Notes: generated by a model from the letters alone, not told the origin. Numbered from the stretch's first letter, positions 25,966 to 35,725 are shown. The stretch is DNA of 64,000 nucleotides from Clostridia bacterium (GCA_017441385.1 JAFRXY010000098.1:3350-67349), one strand, 5' to 3'. Numbers and translations are program-made.

Positions 25966-27777
25966 ATGTGCGGTATCGTAGGATACATAGGTAATCAGAA
26001 TTCAACCGAGATTCTTCTGGACGGTTTGAAAAAGCTGGAATACAGAGGTTATGACTCGGCCGGCGTCGCGGTTTTTGAGGGCAGTCATGTCAATGTCATC
26101 AAGGCGAAGGGACGCATCAAAAATTTAGAGGATAAGATAGGCGGCAACGTACCGCAGGGTGTCTGCGGTATTGGTCATACCCGCTGGGCCACTCACGGCG
26201 AGCCGTCCGACGTCAACAGCCATCCTCACAGAAGCGGCAGGGTCACCCTGGTCCACAACGGCATTATTGAAAATTATGCCGAGCTGAAAGACCAGATGAT
26301 CGCGGAAGGGCGCGTGTTCCTTTCGGAGACCGACACGGAAGTGGCGGCCCAGCTGATTGACAAGTATTATGACGGCGACCCTATCGACGCCATTTATTCG
26401 GCAGTGGCCAGAATCCGCGGCTCCTATGCCTTTGGCGTGCTGTTTGACGATTATCCCGAGAAGCTCTTTGCCATCCGCAAGGACAGCCCGCTGATTGTCG
26501 GTATCGGCGAGGGCGAGAATTTCATCGCTTCCGACATTCCGGCCATTCTCAGCAGAACCAATCGGTATTATCTTCTGGAAGAAAACGAGCTTGCCATTAT
26601 TACAGCCGATTCGATCAAGATTCTCGGTGCGGACAGAAATCCCATTGACAAAGAAATATTCACCGCGACGTGGGACGTTTCGGCTGCCGAAAAGGGCGGT
26701 TACGACCATTTCATGCTCAAGGAGATCAACGAACAGCCCAAAGTGCTGGCCGTCACCATTCTTCCCCGCCTGAAAAACGGCGCGAAGGGTATATTTGCCG
26801 AGGAAATGCCCGATATCTCCAAGATCAGGCGTTTGCATGTCGTTGCCTGCGGCAGTGCGCTTCACGCCGGTATGGTGGGCAGACACATGATCGAGCGCAT
26901 TGCCAAGGTGCCTGTCATCACCGAAGTCGCGTCGGAATTCCGGTATTCCAACCTGCTCTTTGAGGAAGGCGACGCGGTCGTCGTCATTTCCCAGAGCGGC
27001 GAAACCGCCGACACGCTGGCCGCCCTGCGCATTGCCAAGAAGAGAGGCATTCCCACCATTGCCATCGTCAATGTGGTTGGCTCCACCATTGCCCGCGAAG
27101 CGGATATTGTGCTCTACACATGGGCCGGCCCCGAAATCGCCGTTGCCACCACCAAGGCTTACACCTGTCAGGTGGCCGTCCTGCTCATGATGGCGCTGCG
27201 GTTTGCCTGTGAACGCGGCACGGTGAGCGATGAAGAACTGGAGCGTTATTCCGGTCTGCTCCGAGAAATACCCGACGTTGTTGCCGAGGTCATCAAGAAC
27301 GCCGATCTGTACAAGGAAATGTCCCAGAGCTACAAGGACTGCGAAGACCTGTTCTTTATCGGCAGGGGCTACGACTGCGCCCTCTGCTGGGAGGCTTCCA
27401 TCAAGCTGAAAGAAATCTCCTACATCCATTCCGAAGCCTATGCTGCCGGCGAACTCAAGCACGGCACCATTTCCCTTATCGAGCCGGGAATGCCGGTTGT
27501 CGCCATTGCTTCGGGCGATCAGCTCTTTGAAAAGACCGTCAGCAACGTCAAGGAAGTCAAGGCGCGAGGTGCGAAAGTCATTCTGCTCTGCAAGAAGGGC
27601 GCGAGCGTGGACAGCACCATTTACGACCACAAGATCGAGATTCCCGACGTGGACGAATTCATTCGTCCCATTGCCGCGATCGTGCCGCTCCAGATATTTG
27701 CCTACTACACCGCCGTCGCCAGAGGCTGCGACGTTGACAAGCCCAGAAATCTTGCCAAATCCGTCACGGTGGAGTAA
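25966..27777 (+). CDS. glmS: glutamine--fructose-6-phosphate aminotransferase
   Basis: N-terminal MCGIVGY nucleophile, two SIS domains, and the C-terminal KPRNLAKSVTVE. Confidence 0.97.
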   Translation: MCGIVGYIGNQNSTEILLDGLKKLEYRGYDSAGVAVFEGSHVNVIKAKGRIKNLEDKIGGNVPQGVCGIGHTRWATHGEPSDVNSHPHRSGRVTLVHNGIIENYAELKDQMIAEGRVFLSETDTEVAAQLIDKYYDGDPIDAIYSAVARIRGSYAFGVLFDDYPEKLFAIRKDSPLIVGIGEGENFIASDIPAILSRTNRYYLLEENELAIITADSIKILGADRNPIDKEIFTATWDVSAAEKGGYDHFMLKEINEQPKVLAVTILPRLKNGAKGIFAEEMPDISKIRRLHVVACGSALHAGMVGRHMIERIAKVPVITEVASEFRYSNLLFEEGDAVVVISQSGETADTLAALRIAKKRGIPTIAIVNVVGSTIAREADIVLYTWAGPEIAVATTKAYTCQVAVLLMMALRFACERGTVSDEELERYSGLLREIPDVVAEVIKNADLYKEMSQSYKDCEDLFFIGRGYDCALCWEASIKLKEISYIHSEAYAAGELKHGTISLIEPGMPVVAIASGDQLFEKTVSNVKEVKARGAKVILLCKKGASVDSTIYDHKIEIPDVDEFIRPIAAIVPLQIFAYYTAVARGCDVDKPRNLAKSVTVE

Positions 27778-27908
27778 CACGTTTTATCAGGCAGGAGGCA
27801 GAATGTGATGTGCCTCAGAAACCTGCATGTACTCTTTACGAAAAACTACCTTTGCGTGTACTATATTCGGCTTTTTGCAGGCAACAAATATATCTTTACA
27901 GAAACAGC

Positions 27909-27956
27909 AAGGCAACAGAGCGCCGCGTGACAGCGGCAGCCCTGTTGCCTTTTTTA
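27909..27956 (+). terminator. intrinsic terminator after glmS
   Basis: Stem AAGGCAACAG 27909-27918 pairs with CTGTTGCCTT 27942-27951, with an inner GCCGC/GCGGC stem, followed by a T-run. Confidence 0.7.
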
Positions 27957-27957
27957 C

Positions 27958-28022
27958 AACCTCCTACCTCCTACCTCCTACCTGAATTACCCCTCCTGCC
28001 TGAATAAACCTTCCTGCCTGAA
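27958..28022 (+). repeat. heptamer-periodic CCTCCTA / CCTGCCTGAA low-complexity array
   Basis: CCTCCTA occurs three times in tandem (27962-27982), followed by CTGAAT..CCTCCTGCCTGAATAAACCTTCCTGCCTGAAA. CCTCCTGCCTGA 27992-28003 is the perfect inverted complement of TCAGGCAGGAGG 27787-27798. Confidence 0.9.
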
Positions 28023-28031
28023 AAAAGGGTC

Positions 28032-28082
28032 TTGACATTCGTCTGAACATGTGTTACAATAAACACATGAATAAATGTTCAT
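28032..28082 (+). promoter_or_regulatory. promoter with overlapping ArsR/SmtB-type operator
   Basis: TTGACA 28032-28037, a 17-nt spacer, then TGtTACAAT ending at 28060. Nested inverted repeats are TGAACAT 28044-28050 with ATGTTCA 28075-28081, and ATGTGTT 28049-28055 with AACACAT 28062-28068. Confidence 0.6.
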
Positions 28083-28103
28083 ATATTGAATGGAGTGATT
28101 ATC

Positions 28104-28490
28104 ATGGAGGATTTCAGAGAGCAGGAACTCGGATTTGAGGATGAAGCGGAGGAAACAGGGCAGTCCCATGAAGATTATGTGGAGCTTGTCAGAAGCGATA
28201 TGTACGATGTCGACCGCGTGTTTGATCTGGCCGAGCTTTTCAAGATCTTCGGGGATTCCACCCGTCTGCGCATCATGTCCGCGCTGCTCAATCATGAGCT
28301 GTGCGTCTGCGACATTTCGGAGGTGCTGGAAATGAACCAGTCGGCGATTTCCCACCAGCTCAGGGTGCTGCGGACAGCCGGACTCATCAAGGTGCGCCGC
28401 TGCGGGAAGTCGGCGTTCTATTCGTTGGACGACGACCATGTGAAGCAGATCATCGAGATGGGCTTTGACCACATCAATGAGAAGAATTGA
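28104..28490 (+). CDS. ArsR/SmtB-family metal-sensing repressor (CadC-like)
   Basis: FKIFGDSTRLRIMSALLNHELCVCDISEVLEMNQSAISHQLRVLR. This includes the winged HTH and the CVC metal site. Confidence 0.9.
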   Translation: MEDFREQELGFEDEAEETGQSHEDYVELVRSDMYDVDRVFDLAELFKIFGDSTRLRIMSALLNHELCVCDISEVLEMNQSAISHQLRVLRTAGLIKVRRCGKSAFYSLDDDHVKQIIEMGFDHINEKN

Positions 28491-28501
28491 CGGAGGTGTG
28501 A

Positions 28502-30694
28502 ATGATGGAGAAAATCCGATATACGCTCGAAAACCTTGATTGCGCGGGCTGCGCGGCGAAAGCCGAGGCGGCGGTCAACAAGGCGCCGTGGATAGAGAAG
28601 GCGACCGTGGATTTCATGAACAAGCGGCTGACGGTGCATCTCAGCGACATCAACCCCAACGCCGACGAGGATATTCAGCGTATCGTTGACAGCGTGCTGG
28701 TGGGTGTGAATGTCGTGCTGTATGAAGGGGAGGATTCCGCCGGCATGAGCAGGCAAGGCAAGGGGAAGCACGGTCAATCCGGTTCCTGCTCCTGCTATGA
28801 TGAGGAGGATTGCGAACTCCGTCACGGTCATTCCCATGAACACGATGAGGCGGAACATTCCTCATGGATGATGGTTACTACCGTTCTTGCTCTTGTCGCG
28901 GGAGCCGTCGGAATGGCCGCGCACTTCATTGCATTCCCGGCGCATGAGATTGTGTCTGCTGCCGGCTATATAGCGGCGATTGTTCTGGCGGGATATGACG
29001 TGGCAATGAAGGGAGTAAAGTCGGTATGCAAACTTCGCCTTGACGAGAGTGCGCTTATGGCCATCGCAATGGTCGCGGCGGCGATTCTCGGGGAATTCTT
29101 CGAGGGGGCGATGGTGGCGGTGCTCTATCGGATAGGCGAATGGCTGGAGGACAAGGCGGTGGACAATTCCCGCGAGAGCATAGAAGCCCTTGCGGAAATC
29201 CGCCCCGATACCGCCAACGTCAGGAGAAGCACAGGTGTGGCGGTCGTCCGCGCCGAAGAAGTGGCAATCGGGGAAACCATACTTATTCGCCCGCACGAGA
29301 GAATTCCGCTCGACTGCATGGTGACGGAAGGCACGTCGGACATCGACAGCTCCGCGCTCACGGGAGAATCGCTGCCTATTGCCGCCGAACCGGGCAGTGA
29401 ATTGCTCAGCGGCATGATGAACGGGGACGGTTCCCTGACCGCCCGTGTCACCAATAATTATGAGAATTCCGCTGCGGCGAGGATCATCAGCCTTGTCACA
29501 GAATCGACCGAGAACAAGGGCAACGCCGAGAAATTCGTTACCCGCTTCGCGGTGGTCTATACGCCTATTGTGGTAGGGCTTGCTTTTGTCATTGCCTTAC
29601 TTCCGCCGCTGCTGGGCTTCGGCTCCTTCCGGGATTTCATATTCCGTTCGCTGACCTTCCTTGTGGCTTCCTGCCCCTGTGCGATTGTGATATCGGTGCC
29701 GCTTGCCTTCTTCTCGTCTATAGGAGGCGCGTCCAAGATGGGCGTGCTGGTCAAGGGGGGCAACTTCGCCGAACAGCTGGCAAGGGCACGCGCCATTGCC
29801 TTCGACAAGACCGGCACCGTCACCGAGGGGAAGCCGAAGGTGCAGGAAGTCATTCCCGCGGAGGGATTCACGGCGGAAGAAGCGGCGCAGCTTGCCGCCG
29901 CCGCCGAAATCAATTCCACACACCCGTACGCGCAGGCGATAAGGGAATTTGCCGGGACGGTGCAAAATATAACCGAATATAAAAATTATACCGAATTGGC
30001 CGGACACGGCGTGAGCTGCGAGAATGCCGAAGGAAAATGTATTCTCTGCGGCGGAGGGAAGCTGATGAAGAAATACGGCATTCCACTTCCCGATGAAGCG
30101 GCAGCGCAGGCATATGTGTCCTATGACGGCAGGCTCGCGGGCAGTATCTATATCAGCGACAGCCCGAAGGAAGGTGCGGAGAATACCGTTGCCGCACTCA
30201 AAGCACTGGGGGCAGACAGGCTGACAATGCTGACGGGCGACAGCTTCCACAGCGCCAAGCAGGTGGCGGAAAGTGTCGGAATCGAAAACTTCCGGGCCGA
30301 ACTGCTGCCGGAGAACAAGGTGGAAGCCATTGAGGAAATGAAGTCACAGGGCTATATTACGGCATTTGTGGGCGACGGCATCAACGACGCGCCGGTGCTG
30401 GCGGCTGCCGACGTGGGAATAGCCATGGGACTCGGCTCCGGCGCGGCGATAGAAGCCGCCGACATGGTGCTTTCCTCCAACAATCTTGCCGCCCTGCCGG
30501 GGGCCATCCGGCATTTCCGCAGGACAATGGGCATTATCCGTTTCAACATCGCGTTTGCGTTGCTCTTCAAAGCGGCCGTGCTGATTGCGGCGGCCTTTGG
30601 CTATGCTCCCATGTGGGCTGCCGTGTTCGCGGATGTGGGTGTCTGCCTGATCTGCGTCGCCAACGCCTCACGTTTGATTGAACCGAAAAAATAA
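28502..30694 (+). CDS. heavy-metal (Cd/Zn/Co-type) P1B-ATPase
   Basis: N-terminal HMA with the variant motif DCAGCAAK, a His/Cys-rich stretch, the CPC motif in TM6 (SCPCAIVISVP), DKTGTVT, and GDGINDAP. Confidence 0.93.
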   Translation: MMEKIRYTLENLDCAGCAAKAEAAVNKAPWIEKATVDFMNKRLTVHLSDINPNADEDIQRIVDSVLVGVNVVLYEGEDSAGMSRQGKGKHGQSGSCSCYDEEDCELRHGHSHEHDEAEHSSWMMVTTVLALVAGAVGMAAHFIAFPAHEIVSAAGYIAAIVLAGYDVAMKGVKSVCKLRLDESALMAIAMVAAAILGEFFEGAMVAVLYRIGEWLEDKAVDNSRESIEALAEIRPDTANVRRSTGVAVVRAEEVAIGETILIRPHERIPLDCMVTEGTSDIDSSALTGESLPIAAEPGSELLSGMMNGDGSLTARVTNNYENSAAARIISLVTESTENKGNAEKFVTRFAVVYTPIVVGLAFVIALLPPLLGFGSFRDFIFRSLTFLVASCPCAIVISVPLAFFSSIGGASKMGVLVKGGNFAEQLARARAIAFDKTGTVTEGKPKVQEVIPAEGFTAEEAAQLAAAAEINSTHPYAQAIREFAGTVQNITEYKNYTELAGHGVSCENAEGKCILCGGGKLMKKYGIPLPDEAAAQAYVSYDGRLAGSIYISDSPKEGAENTVAALKALGADRLTMLTGDSFHSAKQVAESVGIENFRAELLPENKVEAIEEMKSQGYITAFVGDGINDAPVLAAADVGIAMGLGSGAAIEAADMVLSSNNLAALPGAIRHFRRTMGIIRFNIAFALLFKAAVLIAAAFGYAPMWAAVFADVGVCLICVANASRLIEPKK

Positions 30695-30725
30695 ATTGTT
30701 ATAAAAGTGTTATAACATTGTTATA

Positions 30726-30777
30726 AAAAATCCGGACATACGTTCCGCAAAAGCGGCTTCGTTTGTCCGGATTTTTG
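30726..30777. terminator. bidirectional intrinsic terminator
   Basis: AAAAATCCGGACA 30726-30738 pairs with TGTCCGGATTTTT 30764-30776. It lies between convergent genes. Confidence 0.7.
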
Positions 30778-30813
30778 TCAAATTATACGATAATGCGGGG
30801 ATAGCTGAATGAA

Positions 30814-31977
30814 TCAGTCACCTGTATTCCTGAATTTGACAGAGTTGAATGAAGGACCGAATTCTCCGTCCTCTTTCATGATGTCGAATACAACATACCC
30901 GCCATCATTGTCTTGGTTCCAGTAGGTCAGCATGGTGGCGTTATCCCGTTCGAGGGTCTCGTAAGGCTCGCCGTATCTGCCGATAATATCCTGCACGGTG
31001 GTTCTTTCCTCAAAGATGAAGTTGCCGGGAAGGATAAGGTATTTGAATCCGTAGTAGAGCTGCACTTCAACCTGAGAAATGACGCAGTCCGTGATGCGCC
31101 TGTCTTGATCGGAAGGATTGTAAATTTCAATCCAAACCTTCATTTCCCCTTTTTCCAAGTGAGCGGAGCAGTATTTCTTTGGCTCCAGTGTCTGGGACTC
31201 CACCCCTTCAACATTCCAGCCGTTTTCGGTGAAGGCTGCGTAGGACGCGGGGATTGTGTAGACCGCTCCGTCGAGAGAAATCTGATAGCTTTCCAGCTGA
31301 TCGGCCATCTCCGCCTTGTCTATTTTGGAATGATCCAGACCCGACATATCGTTATCAATGATCCGGTTGAGAACATACACGTAATTGGCGTGATTGTCGT
31401 CTTTTTTGGCGCTTTTTACGATAGAGAAGTAGATAGTCGTGCGGTATTTCGAGATGTAAGTCAACTGATTGCTGGTATCCAGATCGGCCGTCTGAGCAGG
31501 CGCACCGTATTGCCCGGTTATGTCGTCAACGGTGGTCTTTTCGTTAAAATCAAATCCGCCGGGCATGGTGACAGTGATTCCGTCGTTTGTAAAGACTAAC
31601 ATGCTGATGACGGTGCAATCGGATATCTTTGATTTTTCTGCTTTGGAATTGTAAACATCCACGCCGATAATGGCGTTGTTTTTTGTGAGTGTGACATAGG
31701 TTTCTGTTTTTCCCGGGTCGAGGTTGTCATCTCTCAGGAGATTCCATCCGTCAGCCGTGAGATCGCTCATGGAGCAGGGCAGCGTATACACCTGTCCGTC
31801 TAAAGCAATCTGATAGCTGTACAGATCGTCCGAAATAGACACAGTCCGGTCTTCCGGTTGATTGCTTCGTGCGTCGGACTTGTTGAGAAATTGACATGAA
31901 CTCAGAATTCCTGTCATCAGGGCAGCGGCCAGCAGCAGAGAGAGGATTTTTTTTGCCTTTTGGGTTCCTGTGAACAT
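30814..31977 (-). CDS. lipoprotein with two tandem homologous modules (unknown function)
   Basis: Signal peptide with lipobox LSSC. The two modules begin DDLYSYQIALDGQVYTLPCSMSDLTADGWNL and ADQLESYQISLDGAVYTIPASYAAFTENGWNV. Confidence 0.75.
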   Translation of the reverse strand: MFTGTQKAKKILSLLLAAALMTGILSSCQFLNKSDARSNQPEDRTVSISDDLYSYQIALDGQVYTLPCSMSDLTADGWNLLRDDNLDPGKTETYVTLTKNNAIIGVDVYNSKAEKSKISDCTVISMLVFTNDGITVTMPGGFDFNEKTTVDDITGQYGAPAQTADLDTSNQLTYISKYRTTIYFSIVKSAKKDDNHANYVYVLNRIIDNDMSGLDHSKIDKAEMADQLESYQISLDGAVYTIPASYAAFTENGWNVEGVESQTLEPKKYCSAHLEKGEMKVWIEIYNPSDQDRRITDCVISQVEVQLYYGFKYLILPGNFIFEERTTVQDIIGRYGEPYETLERDNATMLTYWNQDNDGGYVVFDIMKEDGEFGPSFNSVKFRNTGD

Positions 31978-32169
31978 AGAAATAACTCCCTTGTTACAAT
32001 TTCAAATTGTATTATATCATGCCGGTTTCAGCCTGTCAATATTGAAATGGAAGGGCGCAGGGAAATCATTATTGCATTTTCTTTTACAATATAATGCTTG
32101 CATTTTCATAAGGCATAAGCTATAATATTTCGGATAATATTTTTAATGGGGAGTATACCCTGAAATCAG

Positions 32170-32889
32170 ATGATCAAGGAAGGTATGATTATGGGATTTT
32201 TCAGCACGTTAGGCGATGTCAGAGAAATGCTTCTCTACGTTCTCACAATGGTATTGATGCTGGGCTTCATCATGCCGGTGCATGAGTGCGCCCACGGACT
32301 AATGGCAAAGGCGTTGGGGGACGACACCGCCGAAAGAGCCGGCAGACTGACCCTCAATCCGATGGCGCACCTCAATCTCTACGGCGCTCTGCTGATGTTT
32401 CTGATCGGCTTCGGCTGGGCGGAACCGGTTCCCGTCAATCCTGTACGATTCCGCAATCAGAAGCGCCGACAGGGCTACATGGCGCTTGTTGCCTTTGCGG
32501 GGCCTCTCTCCAATCTCATCATGGCAATATTGGGGGCGGTCATTTTCCGCGCGGGACTCTGCTTTGAAATGAACGCGGATCTGGCATATTCATTCAGCTA
32601 TGTGATGATGTACATTGTCATATTGAATATCGGCCTTGCTGTATTCAATATGCTGCCTATCATGCCGCTGGACGGCTCCCGCATTCTCAACTGGATTATG
32701 CCCGACAGACTGATGTATAAGATCGAGCATGCGCTCAGCCGGGTCAACCCCATCATTTACCTGGTGGTGTTCTTTGTGGTGATCAGGCTGATCAGCGGTC
32801 CGTTGTGGAATGTGGAATATTCCATTTTCTCATGGATAGTAAACGGCGTTGACTGGCTGTTTAATCTGTTTGGTCTGACAGTCGCTTAA
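32170..32889 (+). CDS. site-2 protease family (M50) membrane metalloprotease
   Basis: HExxH motif (VHECAHGLMA), multiple TM segments, and a second motif NMLPIMPLDGSRIL. The start is uncertain, somewhere in 32170-32191. Confidence 0.85.
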   Translation: MIKEGMIMGFFSTLGDVREMLLYVLTMVLMLGFIMPVHECAHGLMAKALGDDTAERAGRLTLNPMAHLNLYGALLMFLIGFGWAEPVPVNPVRFRNQKRRQGYMALVAFAGPLSNLIMAILGAVIFRAGLCFEMNADLAYSFSYVMMYIVILNIGLAVFNMLPIMPLDGSRILNWIMPDRLMYKIEHALSRVNPIIYLVVFFVVIRLISGPLWNVEYSIFSWIVNGVDWLFNLFGLTVA

Positions 32890-32920
32890 TGAAAACGAGA
32901 TAAAAGCGAGTGCCGGAACC

Positions 32921-33652
32921 ATGGAAAAATTATCCTATAAATTAGATGTATTTGAGGGGCCGCTCGATCTGCTGCTATTCCTCATTTCTAAAAACAAGCT
33001 CAATATCTATGATATTCCCGTTGCCGAGCTGCTGGAGCAGTACATGACGCACATCGACATGATGCGGCTGGAAAATATGGATGTTTCCAGCGAATTTCTC
33101 ACCATGGCGTCCCGTCTGGTGTATATCAAGACCGCCATGCTGATGCCCCGCAAGGAGGAAGCCGAGGAACTCAAGAAGGAGCTCAGCGGCGAGCTGATCG
33201 AGTACCAGCTCTGCAAACGCATGGCGGGGAAGCTGGCGGAAAAGGTGAGCTTCGACGGCTTTACACGTCCTGAGATGAAGATCAGCCACGACCTGACCTA
33301 CACCCGTTCCCACGAAGCGGCGGAACTGGTGAAGGCGTATGTCAACGCGGTAGGCAGGGGACTGCGCAAAAAGCCTCCGTCCAAGGAGAATTTCCGCGCG
33401 ATAGTGGGCAAAAAAATCGTGTCAGTTACCGAACGGGTGGGTTATGTGTTGAAAAGCATCTACCGTTCCAAGCGGCTGAAATTTTCAACCTTGTTTGAAA
33501 AGGCGGATTCCAGAAGCGAGCTGATCGCGACATTTCTCGCAGTGCTCGACCTGATACGCAGCCGCAAGGTCAATATTGACGACAACAACATTATGACGAT
33601 AAACGAGAGTGGTGGACGCAATTGGAATCAATCGGACTCAGAGCCACAGTAG
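32921..33652 (+). CDS. scpA: segregation and condensation protein A
   Basis: LDVFEGPLDLLLFLISKNKLNIYDIPVAELLEQY is the kleisin N-terminus. Confidence 0.93.
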   Translation: MEKLSYKLDVFEGPLDLLLFLISKNKLNIYDIPVAELLEQYMTHIDMMRLENMDVSSEFLTMASRLVYIKTAMLMPRKEEAEELKKELSGELIEYQLCKRMAGKLAEKVSFDGFTRPEMKISHDLTYTRSHEAAELVKAYVNAVGRGLRKKPPSKENFRAIVGKKIVSVTERVGYVLKSIYRSKRLKFSTLFEKADSRSELIATFLAVLDLIRSRKVNIDDNNIMTINESGGRNWNQSDSEPQ

Positions 33653-34203
33653 AGGCTATGATATTCGCCGGCGGCGATCCCGTCAGCTGCGAGAGAATGG
33701 CCGATGTGCTGGGTGTGGAAAAGAATACGATAGACAGCGTCTGCTGTGAACTGAATGAGCTTTATGCCCGGAGCGGTTCGGCGCTGCGGGTAGTGAAGCT
33801 GGGCGGACAGTATCAGATGACAACCCGCGACGAATTCGCGCCAATCATACGCACGCTGCTTGATCTGAAAAAGGACGCTCCTCTTTCCGGCGCCGCTATG
33901 GAAGTGCTCGCCGTGATTGCCTACAACGAGCCGGTCACCAAGAATTTTATTGAACGCGTCCGCGGTGTGGACTGTTCCGGCGTGGTCAACACCCTGCTGG
34001 CAAGAGGTCTTATTGAAGAACGCGGCAGGCTTGACCTCCCCGGCCGCCCCATGCAGTACGCCACCAGTCCCAATTTCATGCGCTGCTTCGGTCTGGAATC
34101 CATGGGGGAACTTCCCGAAATCCCCGATGAAACCGAAGCAAGCCTTCAGATGACCCTTGAAGAGGCAATAGAAGACGCTCACGTTCGTTCGCTTAGTGAA
34201 TAG
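33622..34203 (+). CDS. scpB: segregation and condensation protein B
   Basis: VEAMIFAGGDPVS, AMEVLAVIAYNEPVTK, and LLARGLIEERGRLDLPGRPMQYATS. The stop TAG 34201-34203 lies inside a repeat element. Confidence 0.92.
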   Translation: MESIGLRATVEAMIFAGGDPVSCERMADVLGVEKNTIDSVCCELNELYARSGSALRVVKLGGQYQMTTRDEFAPIIRTLLDLKKDAPLSGAAMEVLAVIAYNEPVTKNFIERVRGVDCSGVVNTLLARGLIEERGRLDLPGRPMQYATSPNFMRCFGLESMGELPEIPDETEASLQMTLEEAIEDAHVRSLSE

Positions 34204-34224
34204 CGAGCGTATGCGAGCGCATAG
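34177..34224 (+). repeat. intergenic element family, copy E (short)
   Basis: GCTCACGTTCGTTCGCTTAG is followed by triplets TAG/TAG/CGT/GAG/TAG starting at 34194, 34201, 34208, 34215 and 34222. It overlaps the last 9 codons of scpB. Confidence 0.8.
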
Positions 34225-34232
34225 GGTGGTGA

Positions 34233-35063
34233 TTGCGGTTGATTGTATTGAAGATAATCGGGCTTTTGCTGAAAATCGTCGGCTGGCTGCTGCTGGTTGT
34301 CCTGCTTGTGCTGCTGGCAGCGCTGTGCGTCCCGGTGCATCTCTATGTGAGCTACGAGCCGGAGGTCGCGCTGCGTCTGCGGTACCTGTTTCTGACCTTT
34401 TACATAGTAGGTGAGAAACCGCCCAGGAAGCCTCCCGGTATGATCCGAAGGGTGCTGACCGCCATCTGGAAATGTCTGCTGGCGGTGCTTCACGCCGTCA
34501 AGACCGCGATTTCGGCTGTGCTCGGAGGAATGAAAAAGGGCTTTTCATGGCTCGGCTCGAAAATACGCAAGCCGAAGAAAAAGAAGGCTGCCGCCCCCCG
34601 GAAAAAAAAAGAAGAAAAGAAGCAGAGCTTCTTCGGCGCACTGAAAGAGCAGCGTGGATTCTTCGGTGCGCTGCGATTCTTTGCCGACGCGGGAATGGCG
34701 CTGGGCGGCGCTGTCGGGAAAATCTATCGGGGAATCAGAATCAATCAGCTGGTGCTTCATGTGTCGGTTTCCGGCGATGACGCTGCCGACACCGCCATTC
34801 AGTACGGCAGAATCTGCGCAGGCGCGTTTCCCGCGCTTTCCTTCCTGCTGAGCAGCACGCGGGGGTACGACCCGGCATCCCTCCGCACCAATGACATTGA
34901 GATTGTTCCCGATTTCGCCGGAGAAGGCATCCGGATTTTCTTCATCGGAGCGTTTACGGCGTTTCCCATCGCGATGGTCGGAAATCTGCTGTGGGCAGTG
35001 ATAAAATTCGCTGTGGCGCAGCTTGCAATATCATCAAAGAATAAGAAAGATGAAAAAGAATAA
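34233..35063 (+). CDS. DUF2953/YtfI-like sporulation-associated membrane protein
   Basis: N-terminal TM segment, a Lys-rich central stretch, and a position between scpB and ytfJ that matches many Clostridia (family call from memory). The start is ambiguous (TTG cluster 34233-34239). Confidence 0.6.
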   Translation: MRLIVLKIIGLLLKIVGWLLLVVLLVLLAALCVPVHLYVSYEPEVALRLRYLFLTFYIVGEKPPRKPPGMIRRVLTAIWKCLLAVLHAVKTAISAVLGGMKKGFSWLGSKIRKPKKKKAAAPRKKKEEKKQSFFGALKEQRGFFGALRFFADAGMALGGAVGKIYRGIRINQLVLHVSVSGDDAADTAIQYGRICAGAFPALSFLLSSTRGYDPASLRTNDIEIVPDFAGEGIRIFFIGAFTAFPIAMVGNLLWAVIKFAVAQLAISSKNKKDEKE

Positions 35064-35084
35064 CAATAGAAAGGTCTGAACAAC

Positions 35085-35600
35085 ATGAGCGCAGAAGAAA
35101 AGAAGATTCCTGAAACAGAGAACAGCGAGAAGGCAAAGACGCCCGTACATCCCATCAAGGGCATGATGGACACCACTCTCTCCAAGATCAAGGAAATGGT
35201 GGATGTTTCCACCATTATCGGCGAACCCATCGTCAACGGCGACACGACCATCATTCCGATTTCCAAGATGTCCTACGGATTTGCTTCCGGCGGTTCGGAC
35301 TTTGACGGCAAATCGGGACACCGCTGTTTCGGCGGCGGAGGCGGCGCGGGCGTTACCGTGCAGCCCGTGGCGTTTCTTGTCATTACCCCTGCCAATGTCC
35401 GTCTGCTCCAGATCGACAACAACATGAATTCCCTCGACAAGGCAGTGGGAATGATACCCAATCTGGTCGATCAGGTGAGCAGCCTTCTTGCGGGAGTCAA
35501 GGATAAAAAGAACGATGATGAGCCGGTCATTGACAAGGAGAAGGCTGAATTGGCGGAGAAGGCGGAACCGCTGACCCTTGACGAAGAGCTTTCCGAGTGA
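35085..35600 (+). CDS. ytfJ: spore protein YtfJ (GerW family)
   Basis: VSTIIGEPIVNGDTTIIPISKMSYGFASGGSDF...GGGGGAGVTVQPVAFLVI. Confidence 0.88.
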   Translation: MSAEEKKIPETENSEKAKTPVHPIKGMMDTTLSKIKEMVDVSTIIGEPIVNGDTTIIPISKMSYGFASGGSDFDGKSGHRCFGGGGGAGVTVQPVAFLVITPANVRLLQIDNNMNSLDKAVGMIPNLVDQVSSLLAGVKDKKNDDEPVIDKEKAELAEKAEPLTLDEELSE

Positions 35601-35725
35601 ACAATTGACTGGAAAAAATAATGCCTTCATTCTCCTGACCTGTTCAAAGAATAATCCGCCCGTGCCGGCAAAGACTACACATGACCTATTGTGTATTTTC
35701 TTCAGATGAAAGGCAGGGTTACGAT

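Noticed and set aside
27810-28007. 65-aa ORF in the glmS-arsR spacer.
   Set aside because: It spans the glmS terminator hairpin and the CCTCCTA repeat array (giving LLPELPLLPE low complexity) and has no RBS. It is judged a by-product of the repeats.
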